Assembly: GCA_964016885.1 (NCBI GenBank) | Contig: OZ024742.1 | Location: forward strand, 16,616,001-16,680,000 | Direction of reading: 5' to 3' | Source: Eledone cirrhosa | Taxonomy: Eukaryota | Length of the DNA stretch: 64,000 nucleotides | Part shown: piece by piece, positions 40,101 to 55,100 of the stretch | Numbering within the stretch: the first letter of the stretch is position 1 | Layout of the letters: every line of letters starts with the position of its first letter | Translations under genes and position numbers: made by a program | Notes under the pieces: model-generated | The model's database searches: none | Seen by the model: only the letters and a program-made list of their open reading frames with translations | Told to the model about the DNA's origin: nothing

Positions 40101-43100
40101 TCTCTCCTCCTTTCACCATCCGCAATATCTCTCCTCCTGTCACCATCCCCAATATCTCTCCTCCTTTCACCATCCGCAATATCTCTCTTCCTGTCACCAT
40201 CCCCAATATCTCTCCTCCTGTCACCATCCCCAATATCTCTCTTCCTGTCACCATCCCCAATATCTCTCTTCCTGTCACCATCCCCAATATCTCTCCTCCT
40301 GTCACCATCCCCAATATATCTCCTCCTGTCACCATCCCCAATATCTCTCCTCCTGTCACAATCCCTCATGTCTCTCCTCCTGTCACCATCCCCAATGTCT
40401 CTCCTCCTGTCACCATCCCCAATGTCTCTCCTCCTGTCACCATCCCCAATGTCTCTCCTCCTCTCACCATCCCCAATGTCTCTCCACCTGTCACCATCCC
40501 CAATGTCTCTCCTCTTGTCACCATCCCCAATATCTCTCCTCCTGTCACCATCCCCAATATCTGTCCTCCTGTCACCATCCCCAATATCTCTCCTCCTGTC
40601 ACAATCCCTAATGTCTCTGCTCATGTCACCATCCCCAATGTCTCTCCTCCTGTCACCATCCCCAATGTCTCTCCTCTTGTTACCATCCACGATGTCTCTC
40701 CTCCTGTCACCATCCCCAATATCTCTCCTCCTGTCACCATCCCCAATGTCTCTCCTCCTGTCACCATCCCCAATGTCTCTCCTCCTTTCACCATTCCCAA
40801 TATCTCTCCGCCTGTCACCATCCCCAATGTCTCTCCTCCTGTCACCAACCCCAATATCTCTCCTCCTGTCACCATCCCCAATGTCTCTCCTCCTGTCACC
40901 ATCCCCAATATCTCTCCTCCTGTCACCATCCCCAATCTCTCTCCTCCAGTCACCATCCCCAATGTCTCTCCTCCTGTCACCATCCCCAATGTCTCTCCTC
41001 CTGTCACCATCCCTAATCTCTCTCGTCCTGTCACCATCCCCAATGTCTCCCCTCCTGTCACCATCCCCAATGTCTCTCCTGCTGTCACCATCCCCAATGT
41101 CTCTCCACCTGTCACCATCCCCAATGTCTCGCGTCCTGTCACCATCCCCAATGTCTCTCCTCCTGTCACCATCCCCAATGTCTCTCCTACTGTCACCATC
41201 CCCAATATCACTCCTCCTGTCATCATCCACAATATCTCCTCCCGTCCCCATCCCAAATGTCTCTCCACCTGTCACCATCCCCAATGTCTCTCCTTCTGTC
41301 ACCATCCCCAATGTCTCTCCTCCTGTCACCATCCCGAATGTCTCTCCACCTGTCACCATCCCCAATATCTCTCCTCCTGTCACCATCCCCAATATCTCTC
41401 CTCCTGTCACCATCCCCAATGTCTCTCATCCTGTCACCATCCCCAATATCTCTCCTCCTGTCACCATCCCCAATGTCTCTCCTCCTGTCACCATCCCCAA
41501 TATCTCTCCTCCTGTCACCATCCCCAATGTCTCTCCTCCTGTCACCATCCCCAATATCTCTCCTCCTGTCACCATCCTCAATCTCTCTCCTCCTGTCACC
41601 ATCCCCAATCTCTCTCCTCCTGTCACCATCCCAAATCTCTCTCCACCTGTCACCATCCCCAATGTCTCTCCTCCTGTCACCATCCGCAATATCTCTCTTC
41701 CTGTCACCATCCCCAATATATCTCCTCCTGTCGCCATGCCTAATGTCTCTCCTCCTGTCACCATCCCCAATGTCTCTCCTCCTCTCACCATCCCCAATGT
41801 CTCTCCACCTGTCACCATCCCCAAATGTCTGTCCTCTTGTCACCATCCCCAATATCTCTCCTCCTGTCACCATCCCAAATATCTCTCCTCCTGTCACCAT
41901 CCCCAATATCTCTCCTCCTGTCACAATCCCTAATGTCTCTGCTCATGTCACCATCCCCAATGTCTCTCCTCCTGTCACCATCCCCAATGTCTCTCCTCCT
42001 GTCACCATCCCCAATGTCTCTCCTCTTGTTACCATCCACGATGTCTCTCCTCCTGTCACCATCCCCAATATCTCTCCTCCTGTCACCATCCCCAATGTCT
42101 CTCCTCCTGTCACCATCCCCAATGTCTCTCCTCCTTTCACCATCCCCAATATCTCTCCGCCTGTCACCATCCCCAATGTCTCTCCTCCTGTCACCAACCC
42201 CAATATCTCTCCTCCTGTCACCATCCCCAATTTCTCTCCTCCTGTCACCATCCCCAATATCTCTCCTCCTGTCCCCATCCCCAATGTCTTTCCGCCTGTC
42301 ACCATCCCCAATGTCTCTCCTCCTGTCACCATCCCCAATATCTCTCCTCCTGTCACCATCCCCAATGTCTCTCCTCCTGTCACCATCCCCAATATCTCTC
42401 CTCCTTTCACCATCCCCAATATCTCTCCTCCTGTCACCATCCCCAATATCTCTCCTCCTGTCACAATCACCAATGTCTCTCTTACTGTCACCATCCCCAA
42501 TATCTCTCCTCCTGTCACCATCCACAATGTCTCTCCTCCTGTCACCATCCCCAATGTCTCTCCTCCTGTCACCATCGCCAATATCTCTCCTCCTGTCACC
42601 ATCACCAATGTCTCTCCTCCTGTCACCATCCCCAATGTCTCTCCTCCTGTCACCATCCCCAATATCTAACCTCCTGTCACCATCCCCAATTTCTCTCCTC
42701 CTGTCACCATTCCCAATGTCTCTCCGCCTGTCACCATCCCTAATGTCTCTCCTCCTATCACCATCCCTAATGTCTCTCCTCCTGTCACCATCCCCAATGT
42801 CTCTCCTCCTGTCACCATCTCCAATCTCTCTCCTCCTGTCACCATCCCTAATGTCTCTCCTCCTATCACCATCCCCAATGTCTCTCCTCCTGTCACCATC
42901 CACGATGTCTCTCCTCCTGTCACCATCCCCAATATCTCTCATCCTGTCACCATCCCCAATGTCTCTCCTCCTGTCACCATCCCCAATATCTCTCCTCGTG
43001 TCACCATCCCCAATATCTCTCTTCCTGTCACCATCCCCAATATATCTCCTCCTGTCACCATCCCTAATGTCTCTCCTCCTGTCACCATCCCCAATGTCTC

Positions 43101-46100
43101 TCCTCCTGTCACCATCCCTAATCTGTCTCGTCCTGTCACCATCCCCAATGTCTCCCCTCCTGTCACCATCCCCAATGTCTCTCCACCTGTCACCATCCCC
43201 AATGTCTCTCCTCCTGTCACCATCCCTAATCTCTCTCGTCCTGTCACCATCCCCAATGTCTCCCCTCCTGTCACCATCCCCAATATCTCTCCTCCTGTCA
43301 CCATCCCCAATGTCTCTCCTCCTGTCACCATCCCCAATATCTCTCCTCCTGTCACCATCCTCAATCTCTCTCCTCCTGTCACCATCCCAAATATCTCTCC
43401 TCCTGTCACCATCCCCAATGTCTCTCCTCCTGTCACCATCCCCAATGTCTGTCCTCTTGTCACCATCCTCAATATCTCTCCTCCTGTCGCCATCCCCAAT
43501 GTCTCTCCTCCTGTCACCATACCCACTATCTCTCCTCCTATCAACATCCCCAATGTCTATCCTCCTGTCACCATCCCCAATATCTCTCCTCATGTCACCA
43601 TCCCCAATATCTCTCCTCCTGTCACAATCCCCAATGTCTCTCCCCCTGTCACCATCCCCAATGTCTCTCCTCCTGTCACCACCCCCAATGTTTCTCCTCC
43701 TGTCACCATCCCCTATATCTCTCCTCCTGTCACCATCCCCAATATCTCTCCTCCTGTCACCATCCCCAATGTCTCTCCTCCTGTCACCATCCCCAATGTC
43801 TCTCCTCCTGTCACCATCCCCAATGTCTCTCCTCCTGTCACCATCCCCAATGTCTCACCTCCTGTCACCATCCCCAATATCTCTCCTCCTGTCACCATCC
43901 CCAATGTCTCTCCTCCTGTCACCATCCCCAATTTCTCTCCTCCAGTCACTATCCCCAATGTCTCTCCTCCTGTCACCATCCCCAATGTCTCTCCTCCTGT
44001 CACCATCCCTAATCTCTCTCGTCCTGTCACCATCCCCAATGTCTCCCCTCCTGTCACCATCCCCAATGTATCTCCTGCTGTCACCATCCCCAATGTCTCT
44101 CCACCTGTCGCCATCCCCAATGTCTCGCGTCCTGTCACCATCCCCAATGTCTCTCCTCCTGTCACCATCCCCAATGTCTCTCCTACTGTCACCATCCCCA
44201 ATATCACTCCTCCTGTCACCATCCACAATATCTCCTCCTGTCCCCATCCCAAATGTCTCTCCACCTGTCACCATCCCCAATGTCTCTCCTTCTGTCACCA
44301 TCCCCAATGTCTCTCCTCCTGTCACCATCCCGAATGTCTCTCCACCTGTCACCATCCCCAATATCTCTCCTCCTGTCACCATCCCCAATATCTCTCCTCC
44401 TGTCACCATCCCCAATGTCTCTCATCCTGTCACCATCCCCAATATCTCTCCTCCTGTCACCATCCCCAATGTCTCTCCACCTGTCACCATCCCCAATATC
44501 TCTCCTCCTGTCACCATCCCCAATGTCTCTCCTCCTGTCACCACCCCCAATATCTCTCCTCCTGTCACCATCCCCAATATATCTCCTCCTGTCACCATCC
44601 CCAATATCTCTCCTTCTGTCACCATCCTAAATCTCTCTCCTCCTGTCACCATCCCCAGTCTCTCTCCTCCTATCACCATCCCAAATCTCTCTCCACCTGT
44701 CACCATCCCCAATGTCTCTCCTCCTGTCACCATCCGCAATATCTCTCTTCCTGTCACCATCCCCAATATATCTCCTCCTGTCACCATCCCTAATGTCTCT
44801 CCTCCTGTCACCATCCCCAATGTCTCTCCTCCTCTCACCATCCCCAATGTCTCTCCACCTGTCACCATCCCCAATGTCTCTCCTCTTGTCACCATCCCCA
44901 ATATCTCTCCTCCTGTCACCATCCCCAATATCTCTCCTCCTGTCACCATCCCCAATATCTCTCCTCCTGTCACAATCCCTAATGTCTCTGCTCATGTCAT
45001 CATCCCCAATGTCTCTCCTCCTGTCACCATCCCCAATGTCTCTCCTCCTGTCACCATCCCCAATGTCTCTCCTCTTGTTACTATCCACGATGTCTCTCCT
45101 CCTGTCACCATCCCCAATATCTCTCCTCCTGTCACCATCCCCAATGTCCCTCCTCCTTTCACCATCCCCATTGTCTCTCCTCCTTTCACCATCCCCAATA
45201 TCTCTCCGCCTGTCACCATCCCCAATGTCTCTCCTCCTGTCACCAACCCCAATATCTCTCCTCCTGTCACCATCCCCAATTTCTCTCCTCCTGTCACCAT
45301 CCCCAATATCTCTCCTCCTGTCCCCATCCCCAATGTCTTTCCGCCTGTCACCATCCCCAATGTCTCTCCTCCTGTCACCATCCCCAATATCTCTCCTCCT
45401 GTCACCATCCCCAATGTCTCTCCTGTCACCATCGCCAATATCTCTCCTCCTGTCACCATCCCCAATGTCTCTCCTCCTGTCACCATCCCCAATATCTCTC
45501 CTCCTGTCACCATCCCCAATGTCTCTCCTCCTGTCACCATCCCCAATATCTCTCCTCCTGTCACCATCCCCAATGTCTCTCATCCTGTCACCATCCCCAA
45601 TGTCTCTCCTCCTGTCACCATACCCAATGTCTCTCATCCTGTCACCATCCCCAATGTCTCTCCTGCTGTCACCATCCCCAATATCTCTCCTCCTTTCACC
45701 ATCCCCAATATCTCTCCTCCTTTCACCATCCCCAATATCTCTCCTCCTGTCACCATCCCCAATATCTCTCTTCCTGTCACCATCCCCAATATCTCTCCTC
45801 CTGTCACCATCCCCAATGTCTCTCCTCCTGTCACCATCCCCAATGTCTCTCCTCCTGTCACCATCCCCAATATCTCTCCTCCTGTCCCCATCCCCAATGT
45901 CTCTCCTCCTGTCACCATCCCCAATATCTCTCCTCCTGTCACCACCCCCAATATCTCTCCTCCTGTCACCATCCCCAATATATCTCCTCCTGTCACCATC
46001 CCCAATGTCTCTCCTCCTGTCACCCTCCCCAATATCTCTCCTCCTGTCACCATCCTCAATGTCTCTCCTCCTGTCACCATCCCCAATATCTCTCCTCCTA

Positions 46101-49100
46101 TCACCATCCCCAATGTCTCTCCTCCTGTCACCATCCCCAATATCTCTCCTCCTGTCACCATCCCCAATGTCTCTCCTCTTGTCACCATCCCCAATGTCTC
46201 TCCTCCTGTCACCATCACCAATGTCTCTCCTACTGTCACCATCCCCAATATCTCTCCTCTTGTCACCATCCGAATGTCTCTCCACCTGTCACCATCGCTA
46301 ATGTCTCTCCTCCTGTCACCATCCCCAATGTCTCTCCTCCTGTCACCATCCCCAATATCTCTCCTCCTGTCACCATCCCCAATGTCTCTCCTCCTGTCAC
46401 CATCCCTAATGTCTCTCCTCCTGTCACCATCCCTAATCTCTCTCGTCCTGTCACCATCCCCAATGTCTCCCCTCCTGTCACCATCCCCAATGTCTCTCCT
46501 GCTGTCACCTTCCCCAATGTCTCTCCACCTGTCACCATTCCCAATGTCTCTCGTCCTGTCGCCATCCCTAATGTCTCTCCTCCTGTCACCATCCCCAATA
46601 TCTCTCCTCCTGTCACCATCCCCAATATCTCTCCCCCTGTCACCATCCCGAATGTCTCTCCTCCTGTCACCATCCCGAATGTCTCTCCACCTGTCACCAT
46701 CCCCAATGTCTCTCCTTCTGTCACCATCCACAATGTCTCTCCTCCTGTCACCATCCCCAATGTCTCTCCTCCTGTCACCATCCCCAATGTCTCTCCTCCT
46801 GTCACCATCCCCAATGTCTCTCCTCCTGTCACCATCCCCAATATCTCTCCTCCTGTCAACATCCCCAATGTCTCTCCTCCTGTCACCATCCCCAATGTCT
46901 CTCCTCCTGTCACCATCCCCAATGTCTCTCCTCCTGTCACCATCCCTAATCTCTCTCGTCCTGTCACCATTCCCAATGTCTCTCGTCCTGTCACCATCCA
47001 CAATGTCTCTCCTCCTGTCACCATCCCCAATGTCTCTCCTACTGTCACCATCCCCAATATCACTCCTACTGTCACCATCCACAATATCTCCTCCTGTCCC
47101 CATCCCAAATGTCTCTCCACCTGTCACCATCCCCAATGTCTCTCCTTCTGACACCATCCCCAATGTCTCTCCTCCTGTCACCATCCCGAATGTCTCTCCA
47201 CCTGTCACCATCCCCAATATCTCTTCTTCTGTCACAATCCCCAATATTTCTCCTCCTGTCACCATCCCCAATGTCTCTCCTCCTGTCACCATCCCCAATA
47301 TCTCTCCTCGTGTCACCATACCCAATATCTCTCTTCCTGTCACCATCCCCAATATATCTCCTCCTGTCACCATCCCTAATGTCTCTCCTCCTGTCACCAT
47401 CCCCAATGTCTCTCCTCCTGTCACCATCCCTAATCTCTCTCGTCCTGTCACCATCCCCAATGTCTCCCCTCCTGTCACCATCCCCAATGTCTCTCCACCT
47501 GTCACCATCCCCAATGTCTCTCCTCCTGTCACCATCCCTAATATCTCTCGTCCTGTCACCATCCCCAATGTCTCCCCTCCTGTCACCATCCCCAATATCT
47601 CTCCTCCTGTCACCATCCCCAATGTCTCTCCTCCTGTCACCATCCCCAATATCTCTCCTCCTGTCACCATCCTCAATCTCTCTCCTCCTGTCACCATCCC
47701 CAATGTCTATCCTCCTGTCACCATCCCCAATATCTCTCCTCCTGTCACCATCCCCAATATCTCTCCTCCTGTCACAATCCCAAATGTCTCTCCACCTGTC
47801 ACCATCCCCAATGTCTCTCCTTCTGACACCATCTCCAATGTCTCTCCTCCTGTCACCATCCCGAATTTCTCTCCACCTGTCACCATCCCCAATATCTCTC
47901 CTTCTGTCACAATCCCCAATGTTTCTCCTCCTGTCACCATCCCTAATGTCTCTCCTCCTGTCACCATCCCCAATGTCTCTCCTCCTGTCACCATCCCTAA
48001 TCTCTCTCGTCCTGTCACCATCCCCAATGTCTCCCCTCCTGTCACCATCCCCAATGTCTCTCCACCTGTCACCATCCCCAATGTCTCTCCTCCTGTCACC
48101 ATCCCTAATCTCTCTCGTCCTGTCACCATCCCCAATGTCTCCCCTCCTGTCACCATCCACAATATCTCTCCTCCTGTCACCATCCCCAATGTCTCTCCTC
48201 CTGTCACCATCCCCAATATCTCTCCTCCTGTCACCATCCTCAATCTCTCTCCTCCTGTCACCATCCCAAATATCTCTCCTCCTGTCACCATCCCCAATGT
48301 CTCTCCTCCTGTCACTATCCCCACTATCTCTCCTCCTATCACCATCCCCAATGTCTATCCTCCTGTCACCATCCCCAATATCTCTCCTCCTGTCACCATC
48401 CCCAATATCTCTCCTCCTGTCACAATCCGCAATGTCTCTCCTCCTGTCACCATCCCCAATGTTTCTCCTCCTGTCACCATCCCCTATATCTCTCCTCCTG
48501 TCACCATCCCCAATATCTCTCCTCCTGTCACCATCCCCAATGTCTCTCCTCCTGTCACCATCCCCAATGTCTCTCCTCCTGTCACCATCCCCAATGTCTC
48601 TCCTCCTGTCACCATCCCCAATATCTCTCCTCCTGTCACCATCCCCAATGTCTCTCCTCCTGTCACCATCCCCAATCTCTCTCCTCCAGTCACCATTCCC
48701 AATGTCTCTCCTCCTGTCACCATCCCCAATGTCTCTCCTTCTGTCACCATCCCTAATCTCTCTCGTCCTGTCACCATCCCCAATGTCTCCCCTCCTGTCA
48801 CCATCCCCAATGTCTCTCCTGCTGTCACCATCCCCAATGTCTCTCCACCTGTCACCATCCCCAATATCTCGCGTCCTGTCACCATCCCCAATGTCTCTCC
48901 TCCTGTCACCATCCCCAATGTCTCTCCTACTGTCACCATCCCCAATATCACTCCTCCTGTCACCATCCACAATATCTCCTCCTGTCCCCATCCCAAATGT
49001 CTCTCCACCTGTCACTATCCCCAATGTCTCTCCTGTCACCATCCCCAATGTCTCTCCTCCTGTCACCATCCCGAATGTCTCTCCACCTGTCACCATCCCC

Positions 49101-52100
49101 AATATCTCTCCTCCTGTCACCATCCCCAATATCTCTCCTCCTGTCACCATCCCCAATGTCTCTCATCCTGTCACCATCCCCAATATCTCTCCTCCTGTCA
49201 CCATCCCCAATGTCTCTCCTCCTGTCACCATCCCCAATATCTCTCCTCCTGTCACCATCCTCAATCTCTCTCCTCCTGTCACCATCCCCAATCTCTCTCC
49301 TCCTGTCACCATCCCGGATCTCTCTCCACCTGTCACCATCCCCAATGTCTCTCCTACAGTCACCATCCGCAATATCTCTCTTCCTGTCACCATCCCCAAT
49401 ATATCTCCTCCTGTCGCCATCCCTAATGTCTCTCCTCCTGTCACCATCCCCAATGTCTCTCCTCCTCTCACCATCCCCAATGTCTCTCCACCTGTCACCA
49501 TCCCCAAATGTCTGTCCTCTTGTCACCATCCCCAATATCTCTCCTCCTGTCACCATCCCCAATGTCTCTCCTCCTGTCACAATCCCTAATGTCTCTGCTC
49601 ATGTCACCATCCCCAATGTCTCTCCTCCTGTCACCATCCCCAATGTCTCTCCTCCTGTCACCATCCCCAATGTCTCTCCTCTTGTTACCATCCACGATGT
49701 CTCTCCTCCTGTCACCATCCCCAATATCTCTCCTCCTGTCACCATCCCCAATGTCTCTCCTCCTGTCACCATCCCCAATGTCTCTCCTCCTTTCACCATC
49801 CCCAATATCTCTCCGCCTGTCACCATCCCCAATGTCTCTCCTCCTGTCACCAACCCCAATATCTCTCCTCCTGTCACCATCCCCAATTTCTCTCCTCCTG
49901 TCACCATCCCCAATATCTCTCCTCCTGTCCCCATCCCCAATGTCTTTCCGCCTGTCACCATCCCCAATGTCTCTCCTCCTGTCACCATCTTAAATGTCTC
50001 TCCTCCTGTCACCATCCCCAATATCTCTCCTCCTGTCACCATCCCCAATGTCTCTCCTCTTGTCACCATCCCCAATGTCTCTCCTCTTGTCACCATACAC
50101 AATGTCTCTCCTCCTGTCACCATCCCCAATGTCTCTCCTCCTGTCACACTCCCCAATGTCTCTCCTCTTGTCAACATCCACAATGTCTCTCCTCCTGTCA
50201 CCATCCCCAATGTCTCTCCTCCTGTCACCATTCCCAATATCTCTCCTCATGTCCCCCTCCCCAATATCTCTCCTGTCACCATCCCCAATGTCTCTCCTCT
50301 TGTCACCATCCACAATGTCTCTCCTCCTGTCACCATCCCCAATGTCTTTCCTCTTGTCACCATCCACAATGTCTCTCCTCCTGTCACCATCCCCAATGTC
50401 TCTCCACCTGTCACCCTCTCCAATGTCTCTCCTCTTGTCACCATCCACAATGTCTCTCCTCCTGTCACTATCCCCAATGTCTCTCCTCCTGTCACCATTC
50501 CCAATGTCTCTCCTCCTGTCACTCTCCCCAATATCTCTCCTCCTGTCACCATCCCCAATGTCTCTCCTCTTGTCACCGTCCACAATGTCTCTCCTCCCGT
50601 CACCATCCCCAATGTCTCTCCTCTTGTCACCATCCACAATGTCTCTCCTCCTGTCACCATCCCTAATGTCTCTCCTCCTGTCACCATCCCTAATGTCTCT
50701 CCTCCTGTCACCATCCCCAATGTCTCTCCTCCTGTCACCATCCCCAATGTCTCTCCTCCTGTCACCATCCCCAATGTCTCTCCTCCTGTCACCATCCCTA
50801 ATGTCTCTCCTCCTGTCACCATCCCCAATGTCTCTCCTCCTGTCACCATCCCTAATGTCTCTCATCCTGTCACCATCCCTAATGTCTCTAATCCTGTCAC
50901 CATCCCCAATGTCTCTCCTCCTGTCACCATCCCTAACGTCTCTCCTCCTGTCACCATCCCTAATGTCTCTCATCCTGTCACCATCCCTAATGTCTCTCCT
51001 CCTGTCACCATCCCTAATGTCTCTCCTCCTGTCACCATCCCCAATGTCTCTCCTCCTGTCACCATCCCCAATGTCTCTCCTCCTGTCACCATCCCTAATG
51101 TCTCTCCTCCTGTCACCATCCCCAATGTCTCTCCTCCTGTCACCATCCCCAATGTCTCTCCTCCTGTCACCATCCCTAATGTCTCTCCTCCTGTCACCAT
51201 CCCCAATGTCTCTCCTCCTGTCACCATCCCCAATGTCTCTCCTCCTGTCACCATCCCCAATGTCTCTCCTCCTGTCACCATCCCCAATGTCGATCCTCCT
51301 GTCACCATCCCCAATGTCTCTCCTCCTGTCACCATCCCAAATGTCTCTCCTCCTGTCACCATCCCTAATGTCTCTCCTCCTGTCACCATCCCTAATGTCT
51401 CTCCTCCTGTCACCATCCCCAATGTCTCTCCTCCTGTCACCATCCCTAATGTCTCTCCTCCTGTCACCATCCCTAATGTCTCTCCTCCTGTCACCATCCC
51501 CAATGTCTCTCCTCCTGTCACCATCCCCAATGTCTCTCCTCCTGTCACCATCCCTAATGTCTCTCATCCTGTCACCATCCACAATGTCTCTCCTCCTGTC
51601 ACCATCCCTAATGTCTCTCCTCCTGTCACCATCCCCAATGTCTCTCCTCCTGTCACCATCCCCAATGTCTCTCCTCCTGTCACCATCCCCAATGTCTCTC
51701 CTCCTGTCACCATCCCCAATGTCTCTCCTCCTGTCACCATCCCAAATGTCTCTCCTCCTGTCACCATCCCCAATGTCTCTCCTCCTGTCACCATCCCAAA
51801 TGTCTCTCCTCCTGTCACCATCCCCAATGTCTCTCCTCCTGTCACCATCCCCAATGTCTCTCCTCCTGTCACCATCCCTAATGTCTCTCCTCCTGTCACC
51901 ATCCCCAATGTCTCTCCTCCTGTCACCATCCCCAATGTCTCTCCTCCTGTCACCATCCCCAATGTCTCTCCTCCTGTCACCATCCCAAATGTCTCTCCTC
52001 CTGTCACCATCCCCAATGTCTCTCCTCCTGTCACCATCCCCAATGTCTCTCCTCCTGTCACCATCCCTAATGTCTCTCCTCCTGTCACCATCCCCAATGT

Positions 52101-55100
52101 CTCTCCTCCTGTCACCATCCCCAATGTCTCTCCTCCTGTCACCATCCCCAATGTCTCTCCTCCTGTCACCATCCCCAATGTCTCTCCTCCTGTCACCATC
52201 CCAAATGTCTCTCCTCCTGTCACCATCCCCAATGTCTCTCCTCCTGTCACCATCCCCAATGTCTCTCCTCCTGTCACCATCCCTAATGTCTCTCCTCCTG
52301 TCACCATCCCCAATGTCTCTCCTCGTGTCACCATCCCTAATGTCTCTCCTCCTGTCACCATCCCCAATGTCTCTCCTCCTGTCACCATCCCTAATGTCTC
52401 TCCTCCTGTCACCATCCCCAATGTCTCTCCTCCTGTCACCATCCCCAATGTCTCTCCTCCTGTCACCATCCCCAATGTCTCTCCTCCTGTCACCATCCCC
52501 AATGTCTCTCCTCCTGTCACCATCCCTAATGTCTCTCCTCCTGTCACCATCCCCAATGTCTCTCCTCCTGTCACCATCCCTAATGTCTCTCCTCCTGTCA
52601 CCATCCCTAATGTCTCTCCTCCTGTCACCATCCCCAATGTCTCTCCTCCTGTCACCATCCCCAATGTCTCTCCTCCTGTCACCATCCCTAATGTCTCTCC
52701 TCCTGTCACCATCCCAAATGTCTCTCCTCCTGTCACCATCCCCAATGTCTCTCCTCCTGTCACCATCCCAAATGTCTCTCCTCCTGTCACCATCCCCAAT
52801 GTCTCTCCTCCTGTCACCATCCCCAATGTCTCTCCTCCTGTCACCATCCCAAATGTCTCTCCTCCTGTCACCATCCCCAATGTCTCTCCTCCTGTCACCA
52901 TCCCAAATGTCTCTCCTCCTGTCACCATACCCAATGTCTCTCCTCCTGTCACCATCCCAAATGTCTCTCCTCCTGTCACCATCCCCAATGTCTCTCCTCC
53001 TGTCACCATCCCCAATGTCTCTCCTCCTGTCACCATCCCTAATGTCTCTCCTCCTGTCACCATCCCTAATGTCTCTCATCCTGTCACCATCCCTAATGTC
53101 TCTCCTCCTGTCACCATCCCTAATGTCTCTCCTCCTGTCACCATCCCCAATGTCTCTCCTCCTGTCACCATCCCCAATGTCTCTCCTCCTGTCACCATCC
53201 CTAATGTCTCTCCTCCTGTCACCATCCCCAATGTCTCTCCTCCTGTCACCATCCCCAATGTCTCTCCTCCTGTCACCATCCCTAATGTCTCTCCTCCTGT
53301 CACCATCCCCAATGTCTCTCCTCCTGTCACCATCCCCAATGTCTCTCCTCCTGTCACCATCCCCAATGTCTCTCCTCCTGTCACCATCCCCAATGTCTCT
53401 CCTCCTGTCACCATCCCTAATGTCTCTCCTCCTGTCACCATCCCCAATGTCTCTCCTCCTGTCACCATCCCTAATGTCTCTCCTCCTGTCACCATCCCTA
53501 ATGTCTCTCCTCCTGTCACCATCCCCAATGTCTCTCCTCCTGTCACCATCCCCAATGTCTCTCCTCCTGTCACCATCCCTAATGTCTCTCCTCCTGTCAC
53601 CATCCCAAATGTCTCTCCTCCTGTCACCATCCCCAATGTCTCTCCTCCTGTCACCATCCCAAATGTCTCTCCTCCTGTCACCATCCCTAATGTCTCTCCT
53701 CCTGTCACCATCCCTAATGTCTCTCATCCTGTCACCATCCCTAATGTCTCTCATCCTGTCACCATCCCTAATGTCTCTCATCCTGTCACCATCCACAATG
53801 TCTCTCCTCCTGTCACCATCCCTAATGTCTCTCCTCCTGTCACCATCCCCAATGTCTCTCCTCCTGTCACCATCCCCAATGTCTCTCCTCCTGTCACCAT
53901 CCCTAATGTCTCTCCTCCTGTCACCATCTCCAATGTCTCTCCTCCTGTCACCATCCCTAATGTCTCTCCTCCTGTCACCATCCCCAATGTCTCTCCTCCT
54001 GTCACCATCCCCAATGTCTCTCCTCCTGTCACCATCCCCAATGTCTCTCCTCCTGTCACCATCCCCAATGTCTCTCCTCCTGTCACCATCCCAAATGTCT
54101 CTCCTCCTGTCACCATCCCCAATGTCTCTCCTCCTGTCACCATCCCCAATGTCTCTCCTCCTGTCACCATCCCTAATGTCTCTCCTCCTGTCACCATCCC
54201 CAATGTCTCTCCTCGTGTCACCATCCCTAATGTCTCTCCTCCTGTCACCATCCCCAATGTCTCTCCTCCTGTCACCATCCCTAATGTCTCTCCTCCTGTC
54301 ACCATCCCCAATGTCTCTCCTCCTGTCACCATCCCCAATGTCTCTCCTCCTGTCACCATCCCCAATGTCTCTCCTCCTGTCACCATCCCCAATGTCTCTC
54401 CTCCTGTCACCATCCCTAATGTCTCTCCTCCTGTCACCATCCCCAATGTCTCTCCTCCTGTCACCATCCCTAATGTCTCTCCTCCTGTCACCATCCCTAA
54501 TGTCTCTCCTCCTGTCACCATCCCCAATGTCTCTCCTCCTGTCACCATCCCCAATGTCTCTCCTCCTGTCACCATCCCTAATGTCTCTCCTCCTGTCACC
54601 ATCCCAAATGTCTCTCCTCCTGTCACCATCCCCAATGTCTCTCCTCCTGTCACCATCCCAAATGTCTCTCCTCCTGTCACCATCCCCAATGTCTCTCCTC
54701 CTGTCACCATCCCCAATGTCTCTCCTCCTGTCACCATCCCAAATGTCTCTCCTCCTGTCACCATCCCCAATGTCTCTCCTCCTGTCACCATCCCAAATGT
54801 CTCTCCTCCTGTCACCATACCCAATGTCTCTCCTCCTGTCACCATCCCAAATGTCTCTCCTCCTGTCACCATCCCCAATGTCTCTCCTCCTGTCACCATC
54901 CCCAATGTCTCTCCTCCTGTCACCATCCCTAATGTCTCTCCTCCTGTCACCATCCCTAATGTCTCTCATCCTGTCACCATCCCTAATGTCTCTCCTCCTG
55001 TCACCATCCCTAATGTCTCTCCTCCTGTCACCATCCCCAATGTCTCTCCTCCTGTCACCATCCCCAATGTCTCTCCTCCTGTCACCATCCCTAATGTCTC

